Below, in pieces: positions 27,170 through 32,000 of a stretch of 32,000 bases of DNA. The first letter of the stretch is position 1; every line of letters starts with the position of its first letter. Position numbers and translations under genes: made by a program. The notes beneath the pieces were generated by a model. That model made no database searches. It had not been told where the DNA came from and saw nothing but the letters and a program-made list of their open reading frames with translations. The DNA comes from Pseudodesulfovibrio piezophilus C1TLV30 (GTDB lineage Bacteria > Desulfobacterota > Desulfovibrionia > Desulfovibrionales > Desulfovibrionaceae): NCBI RefSeq assembly GCF_000341895.1, contig NC_020409.1:3452411-3484410 (forward strand), read 5' to 3'.

Positions 27170-28165
27170 TTGAGTATTGCAGCAATCTTGGCTAATCCAG
27201 CTTCCGGTAAAGATATTCGTCGGTTAGTGGCTCATGGGAGTGTCTTCGACAATCAGGAGAAAGTTCGTATGGTGCGAAGGCTTATTCTGGGCCTTGAACG
27301 TGCCGGAGTCACAAAAATTTTATATATGCCTGATGCCTATGCGATCATCCCTCGTGCCTTGAATTCTATTTCGCCGTCCATTCCTGTCGAAGCAGTAGAA
27401 ATGCCCATACGGAACACTGATGCCGACACCTCCCTCGCAGCAGAGCTTATGGAAACGCTCGGTGCACAGAGCCTTGTTGTTCTCGGGGGTGACGGGACCA
27501 GCAGAGTGGCCTGCAAAGGGACGCTGAACGTCCCCATCCTGCCACTTTCCACTGGGACAAATAATGTTTTTCCTGTCATGTCTGAGGCTACGGTGGCGGG
27601 GTTGGCCGCAGGACTGGTTGCCTGCGGCCGCCTCCCCCGGCAGGAATGTTGTTATCAGTCTTGTATGCTTGATATTGTTTTTGGTGAGACGGTCATTGAT
27701 ATGGCTTTGGTTGATGCCGCAGTCTATGATGACGTTTTTTTCGCATCAAGAGCGGTTTGGGACATGCACAAGGTTCCGCAACTTTTTCTGACACGATGTA
27801 ATCCTACCTCCATTGGGTTGTCTGCCATAGGCGGGCAGCTGCGTGACATCCGTCCTCAAGAGCCGAGGGGATTGGCATTAAAGCTGGGAAAACCGGCTTC
27901 GCTCACTGTTACCGCGTCCATTGCGCCAGGGATGTTCTCCGATATTCCCATCCGTGAAATCGAAGACATGCCCCCCGGAGTTGTTTTCCCTATCGCATCC
28001 AGCACAGGTTTGATAGCGGTGGATGGAGAACGAGAGATTGAAATTTCTCAAGATTCCAATGCCGGTATTCGATTGAATACCGGCGGCCCTCTGGTTATCG
28101 ATGTGGAAAAAACCATGGCCTTGGCCAGAGAACAGGCCTGCTTCGTGACAAACACATATTCATAG
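27170..28165 (+). CDS. acoX: AcoX-like ATP-NAD kinase / diacylglycerol-kinase-fold protein
   Basis: N-terminus (TTG) SIAAILANPASGKDIRRLV and the GGDGT signature (VVLGGDGTSRV). TTG 27170 chosen; GTG 27146 is possible. The ORF-track start 26972 overlaps acoB and the hairpin and was rejected. Confidence 0.7.
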   Translation: MSIAAILANPASGKDIRRLVAHGSVFDNQEKVRMVRRLILGLERAGVTKILYMPDAYAIIPRALNSISPSIPVEAVEMPIRNTDADTSLAAELMETLGAQSLVVLGGDGTSRVACKGTLNVPILPLSTGTNNVFPVMSEATVAGLAAGLVACGRLPRQECCYQSCMLDIVFGETVIDMALVDAAVYDDVFFASRAVWDMHKVPQLFLTRCNPTSIGLSAIGGQLRDIRPQEPRGLALKLGKPASLTVTASIAPGMFSDIPIREIEDMPPGVVFPIASSTGLIAVDGEREIEISQDSNAGIRLNTGGPLVIDVEKTMALAREQACFVTNTYS

Positions 28166-28174
28166 GGAGAAAAC

Positions 28175-28483
28175 ATGAGTCATCCATTGAAAGCTGCTTT
28201 TATTTTTCTTGCTCCAGGAGGAGATCCGAAAGTTCATAGAAATTGGGTTATTACAGAAGGAGTTGAATTACTCTCCATTGCCGTGAGTGATTATGGACAG
28301 GCTGAGACTCTGGCTCGTGAGTTGGTTGAGCAAGAAGAAATAGCAGCCATAGAACTCTGTGGAGGATTTGGAGCCGCAGGAACGGCGCGGGTTGCGGCGG
28401 CAGTGAATGTTCCTGTCGGAGCTGTCCGTTTCGATATTCATCCCGGTCTGAATAATCTCAGTGGGGATACGCTCTTTGGTTAA
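28175..28483 (+). CDS. Conserved hypothetical 102-aa protein, last gene of the aco operon
   Basis: ATG lies 9 nt after the acoX-like stop, with SD GGGAGA. It contains IELCGGFGAAG. No family assigned with confidence. Confidence 0.55.
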   Translation: MSHPLKAAFIFLAPGGDPKVHRNWVITEGVELLSIAVSDYGQAETLARELVEQEEIAAIELCGGFGAAGTARVAAAVNVPVGAVRFDIHPGLNNLSGDTLFG

Positions 28484-28542
28484 TCCGACCTCGTGAGCGG
28501 AATCAGATAGTAAGCGAAAAGAATTTCTTTCGGCGCTTCTTG

Positions 28543-28932
28543 TCAGCCGTCAGCTAGAATGTGATTCGGAGTGACAAAGCAGGTGAATGTACCGGTGAAG
28601 ACCTGTTCGTCTTCACAGAAAACATCGACGTGTACGGTGTGTTTTCGCTCGTGTGGAGTCGTGTCGTGCGCTTTTGCGACCAAGGTATTTCCAATGCGGG
28701 AAGGCTTCAGAAATCGTGTTTCAGCAGCACCCAGTACAACATTGGGATGGTTGACTGCGAGCATGGCCGCATAGTCGGCCAGGCCGAATATGAAGCCACC
28801 ATGGATCAGCCCGCTTGAGTCTGCACCCATTTCTTCAGTGCATTCCATGCGCACATGACTTGTCCCGTTCTCCACCATGATCGGTTCGCCGCATAAAGTT
28901 CGATCGATTGTATGATGGGTTTGAATATTCAT
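28543..28932 (-). CDS. PaaI/YbgC-type hotdog-fold thioesterase
   Basis: ..GLIHGGFIFGLADYAAMLAV.. is typical of PaaI-family thioesterases. 129 aa from ATG 28932; the longer ORF-track start 29019 was rejected. Confidence 0.75.
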   Translation of the reverse strand: MNIQTHHTIDRTLCGEPIMVENGTSHVRMECTEEMGADSSGLIHGGFIFGLADYAAMLAVNHPNVVLGAAETRFLKPSRIGNTLVAKAHDTTPHERKHTVHVDVFCEDEQVFTGTFTCFVTPNHILADG

Positions 28933-29030
28933 CTTTTCCCTTTTGCTTGAGTGCCAGAAATCCTTGTTTTGAAAAAGCTTCCAAGGGCAGGAAGATGATA
29001 GTCTCCTGCCCTTGGACAAATATTTACCGA

Positions 29031-29357
29031 CTAATCAAACAGGTCTTCCAACTCGTCAAAAACATAATGCATGTACATGACCTTCGGTGAGCCTCCCATG
29101 GATATGGCTAACATTGCGGCCTGCATTATTTCTTCCTTGCTCGCGCCATGACTGGCCGCCCCTTGGATGTGGAGCGAGATGCACATCTCGCACTGGGACA
29201 TCATGGAACAGGCAACGTGAATCAGTTCCTGCGTTTTATGATCAATGGGTCCAAATTCGCTGATTTCTTTGGTGAAGGCAAGGTAATTGGGGAACACGTT
29301 GCCAGCACGCTGTGTCATCTTGGCCAAAGTCCCCGCTGCTTTTTCTGCTGCATCCAT
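29031..29357 (-). CDS. Carboxymuconolactone decarboxylase (AhpD-like) family protein
   Basis: 108 aa with the CMD core motif CxxCxxxH (QCEMCISLH). SD AAAGGAG before the ATG. Confidence 0.8.
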   Translation of the reverse strand: MDAAEKAAGTLAKMTQRAGNVFPNYLAFTKEISEFGPIDHKTQELIHVACSMMSQCEMCISLHIQGAASHGASKEEIMQAAMLAISMGGSPKVMYMHYVFDELEDLFD

Positions 29358-29396
29358 GAACCGACTCCTTTGTTAAATGTTAAGATGTAACAAGTA

Positions 29397-29412
29397 AGCA
29401 AAGAGCATGCCT
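29397..29412 (-). promoter_or_regulatory. Sigma-54 (-24/-12) promoter of the CMD-thioesterase operon
   Basis: The minus strand reads AGGCATgctctTTGCT with correct GG-N10-GC spacing, about 40 nt upstream of the ATG at 29357. Confidence 0.7.
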
Positions 29413-29487
29413 CAACATCCTTTGGCATGGACGGGCTCTTTTTCATGTAAATATGGGCTTATGGCAATACTCGGAGTGTCTATCTTC

Positions 29488-29522
29488 TGTTCCAGATGTG
29501 AACATTGATCGAGAATTGAACA
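29488..29522. promoter_or_regulatory. Putative enhancer: two adjacent TGTTC-N7-GAACA-type palindromes upstream of the CMD operon
   Basis: TGTTCcagatgtGAACA at 29488-29504 and TGaTCgagaattGAACA at 29506-29522, about 85-100 bp upstream of the -24 element. Confidence 0.55.
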
Positions 29523-29572
29523 CTCTTTCGTGTGCTTTTCCGCCAAGAAGGGAAGGGCACGCAAAAGAAAAA

Positions 29573-29595
29573 GGGCTGTGATTGAATCACAGCCC
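29573..29595 (-). terminator. Rho-independent terminator of tRNA-Leu
   Basis: GGGCTGTGATT / AATCACAGCCC hairpin. On the minus strand it is followed by TTTTTCTTTT. Confidence 0.75.
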
Positions 29596-29608
29596 TTATT
29601 TCATTCTA

Positions 29609-29695
29609 TGGTGCCGAAGAGAAGACTCGAACTTCCACGGGATTGCTCCCACTAGACCCTGAACCTAGCGTGTCTACCAATTCCACCACTTCGGC
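29609..29695 (-). tRNA. tRNA-Leu (anticodon CAG), class II with a long variable arm and encoded CCA
   Basis: The minus strand reads GCCGAAG-TG-GTGGAATTGGTAGACAC-G-CTAGG-TTCAGGG-TCTAG-TGGGAGCAATCCCGT-GGAAG-TTCGAGT-CTTCT-CTTCGGC-A-CCA. Acceptor, anticodon and T arms all pair. Confidence 0.9.
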
Positions 29696-30003
29696 ACGTT
29701 TCAGGGAAGGAAGAGATACCTTTAGGACTGATCCGTGTCAACAAAATGTTGTATTTTCAAATAAAGAATCTGGCTGCCGATACAATTGGCTTTCTTGCTG
29801 TATCAGGGAGACTCTTTTTGGAACGAGAAGATACTATTGAGTTTTTTTTATGTTGAAATTTCAGATGTCTTGATAAGATTCTTCGTTCATGGACTTGAGT
29901 GTTCTCCTGCGGTATGTTGTTTCCTTGGATTCCATTGTTTTTATATATAAGAGTCGGTCTCTGCTCTCTTTGTAAAAAGCTCTGGGCTGAATGAGGAGTT
30001 TGT

Positions 30004-30651
30004 ATGAAAACCATAACCTTGCTCGCACAAAAGGGTGGAACCGGGGAAACGATCCTTTCAATCCATTTGGCAACGGCAGCCGCCAATCGTCGGTACTCTG
30101 TTCTGACAGTCGATATTGATCCCCAGGGCAGTTCTTTTTTTTGGAGTCAACGGCGGCAAAGAGGGTTTCCAGGAGTTGTCAAATACTCGATCCGTGAATT
30201 GAGAAAAAACATGGCAACAATCGCACGTGAGGTCGACTTGATGATTCTCGATACACCTTCGCACTCAAGCAGGGGCGCAGGGGATGTCGTGTCTCTTTTG
30301 GATTTTGTGCTTATTCCGAGTAGGCTCACCATCCATGACTCCGTGAAGCTTGTGTGTGAAAAGGGAAAATCCGGTGCTATTGTCTTGAATTGTTGTCCGC
30401 CGCCAGGTCTATTTGACGAAACCGCTTTGGTGCGCGAGGCTTGCTTGGCTTTGGAAGTCTATAAAATGCCTGTTTCTCCGGTCGCCATTTCACAACGTGC
30501 CGCCTTCAGTCTTGCGCTTATCGACGGTAGGGCCGTAACTGAGTTTGAAAAGAAAGGTAAGGCCGCAGGGGAAATCAAGACATTATGGGGTTGGATAAAA
30601 AAGGAGTTGGCCAATGGTGAGCAGAGCTCAATTAACGTTGTTGCCTGTTGA
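30004..30651 (+). CDS. ParA/MinD-family (small type-Ib-like) ATPase homologue with a mutated P-loop lysine
   Basis: MKTITLLAQKGGTGETIL..VLTVDIDPQGS..MILDTPS. The deviant Walker A reads KGGTGET instead of KGGxGKT (GAA codon at 30046-30048). Confidence 0.75.
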   Translation: MKTITLLAQKGGTGETILSIHLATAAANRRYSVLTVDIDPQGSSFFWSQRRQRGFPGVVKYSIRELRKNMATIAREVDLMILDTPSHSSRGAGDVVSLLDFVLIPSRLTIHDSVKLVCEKGKSGAIVLNCCPPPGLFDETALVREACLALEVYKMPVSPVAISQRAAFSLALIDGRAVTEFEKKGKAAGEIKTLWGWIKKELANGEQSSINVVAC

Positions 30652-30844
30652 TCAAGGCAGGGATAGTCTTCCTCGTAGAACGACTCGAGAGAGTTCCCTG
30701 GTTGGGGGTGCTCAGCGCGGGGACAGTCCTGCGAATGTCGAGCCTACTGTGTCCCGGTTAACTCGGAAGCGGATGTTCAAAACGGGATTGGTCTTGGCGT
30801 TAAGCGTTGTTTCATTGATTTTGTTTCGGAGAAAACTCTTTTGA
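30614..30844 (+). CDS. Possible small membrane-anchored protein overlapping the parA-like 3' end
   Basis: SD AGGAG 7 nt upstream of ATG 30614. 76 aa with a basic, disordered N-terminal part and one C-terminal TM (TGLVLALSVVSLILF). No homology recognised. Confidence 0.4.
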   Translation: MVSRAQLTLLPVDQGRDSLPRRTTRESSLVGGAQRGDSPANVEPTVSRLTRKRMFKTGLVLALSVVSLILFRRKLF

Positions 30845-30975
30845 TAAAGAGATTCCGTGTTCTTCGGTCTTGAATCACTGAAGAAGTGCTGAAAGGTGTC
30901 GGTGTTCTCCATATGTAATGGAATGCGTGTCCTTAAACCTCTGAGTATTTTGCATCTCGGAAATGAGTAGCTGCC

Positions 30976-31626
30976 ATGAAATATTTTGCTCTTCTTTTAG
31001 TGCCCATTCTGGCTATTTCCCTCTGCTCTCAATGCCTTGCGGAAGTGCCTGCCGGTGTTTTTTATAAGGTTATCAAGTCGGAAAGGGTGGAGTCCGGCGT
31101 TTGTGCTCTTGATATCGAGATCAATAAAAAAGTCGATAAGATCGGATTGGCTGGTCTTGCTGACCATTTACGTAACAGGGAACCTGTTGTGTATGAAGAT
31201 ATGTGCATTAATTTTTATCTTGAAGGTGAACATCTTGCCAATGGGGCGTGGGCTGTTGCGCGGTTCTCCCCGGAGCTGAAAGTGAAGGTGCTTGGTCTAT
31301 CGCTTGAAGATGAAAAAAAAATCATGAGCCAATCGCTTCCCATAGCAGGAGAGATCCTCGGGCAATGGCTCAACGAATTGCCTCATCTGGGGTCTTTGTA
31401 TACATTGATTCGTCATGAAAAGACTTATTCTCTTGTGCGTATGTTCCCGGATGGCAGGCGGGATATTTCCAGTTTAATGATGGTCAGTGAGGATGGGAGA
31501 CAGTCGTTTGCTGAAGCGGGAGATGCTCAGGAAGGCAAATCGTATCAAATAACGACTCACGGGGATTTGGAAATCAAGATTGGCGAGAGGGAGCTTATGA
31601 CGTTAAGCCCGGTTCACTCTCATTGA
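30976..31626 (+). CDS. Secreted hypothetical protein
   Basis: Signal peptide MKYFALLLVPILAISLCSQCLAEV. 216 aa. No family recognised. Confidence 0.55.
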   Translation: MKYFALLLVPILAISLCSQCLAEVPAGVFYKVIKSERVESGVCALDIEINKKVDKIGLAGLADHLRNREPVVYEDMCINFYLEGEHLANGAWAVARFSPELKVKVLGLSLEDEKKIMSQSLPIAGEILGQWLNELPHLGSLYTLIRHEKTYSLVRMFPDGRRDISSLMMVSEDGRQSFAEAGDAQEGKSYQITTHGDLEIKIGERELMTLSPVHSH

Positions 31627-31769
31627 TATTTTGGCTGTATCGCCGAAAGGGACACACAGCTTTGTTTATGATAGCGGCTTTTTCTGCTTCTCACAAGAAT
31701 GAGGAACATACTGTTTTCAAGAAAGGGCTTCGGCGCTTTTCCTCATCTGTTCTTGTACGAGGAAAGAGA

Positions 31770-32000
31770 TCAGTTGCCATGCACTTTTCTCAATATGGCA
31801 GCCGGGTTGCCGATAACAACCGTGTTTGGCGGGACATCATGAATGACAATTGCCCCCATTCCGACAAGGCTTTCAGTGCCGACTGTGAGATTGCTTCGTA
31901 TGGCTGAGTTTGCACCGATATAGACAGAATCAGCAAGTGAACAGTTGCCGTTGATGCAGGCTCCTCCGGCTATACAGCTATAGTCCCCCACTGAGGTGTC
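31770..32000 (-). CDS. Hexapeptide-repeat sugar acetyltransferase (NeuD/PglD-like), C-terminal part; gene continues beyond the window
   Basis: LbH repeats ..IGANSAIRSNLTVGTESLVGMGAIVIHDVPPNTVVIGNPA... The frame stays open to base 32000; the ORF-track GTG at 31991 is internal. Confidence 0.7.
   Translation of the reverse strand, partial: DTSVGDYSCIAGGACINGNCSLADSVYIGANSAIRSNLTVGTESLVGMGAIVIHDVPPNTVVIGNPAAILRKVHGN

Noticed and set aside
28513-28537. Hairpin between the convergent aco and thioesterase operons as a bidirectional terminator
   Set aside because: The stem is interrupted (AAGCG-a-AAAG / CTTT-cgg-CGCTT), it is AT-rich and it lacks a U-tract. Too weak to call.
29573-31700. tRNA-Leu-associated genomic island or integrative element
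   Set aside because: There is no integrase or recombinase gene. I could not see a direct repeat of the tRNA 3' end. The ParA-like locus lies on the 5' side of the tRNA rather than the usual 3' integration side. Only AT-richness and orphan genes hint at foreign DNA.
31623-31907. 94-aa plus-strand ORF after the secreted protein gene
   Set aside because: Its 3' half is antisense to a clear hexapeptide acetyltransferase. It has no SD and an odd composition.
1-32000. CRISPR arrays, rRNA genes, IS elements or transposases, prophage genes
   Set aside because: I saw no regularly spaced repeats, no rRNA-like sequence, and no transposase, integrase or phage-like ORF in any frame.

Overview
About 50% GC bacterial chromosomal segment with roughly 35 genes. 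Gene content (sigma-54 enhancer-binding proteins, a LUD/4Fe-4S/CCG lactate-utilisation fusion, a cytoplasmic-PAS MCP, NifX-like and CBS proteins) resembles a Desulfovibrionales-type anaerobe; that placement is inference only. Left third: 3' part of a LutB/GlcF-like Fe-S oxidoreductase, an MCP, a Dabb protein, a small Zn-ribbon ORF, an OMP beta-barrel, a REC-histidine kinase hybrid and nhaB. Middle: a minus-strand block with an atypical PAS/AAA+ regulator, a NifX-like protein, a CBS protein, a DASS transporter and a 476-aa left-handed-beta-helix protein of unknown function, followed by an MBOAT/SGNH O-acyltransferase pair. Right half: lipB-lipA-MBL hydrolase, then a butanediol/acetoin catabolic island made of butanediol dehydrogenase, a divergent AcoR-like sigma-54 activator, and the operon acoC / small ORF / acoA / acoB / acoX-like / 102-aa ORF. 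A converging AhpD(CMD)-PaaI thioesterase operon follows, then tRNA-Leu(CAG), a ParA-like gene with a mutated P-loop, a secreted hypothetical and a partial hexapeptide acetyltransferase. Main result: three -24/-12 (sigma-54) promoters, each preceded by TGTTC-N7-GAACA palindromes, tie bdh, the aco operon and the CMD/thioesterase operon into one predicted regulon. The aco operon has non-canonical content: no E3 gene, two extra small ORFs, and an E2 with two PSBD domains. Second result: the other AAA+ regulator has a degenerate GAFTGA loop (HSLPGA), a degenerate Walker B (AE instead of DE) and a 4-Cys PAS domain. I saw no CRISPR array, rRNA, transposase or integrase.
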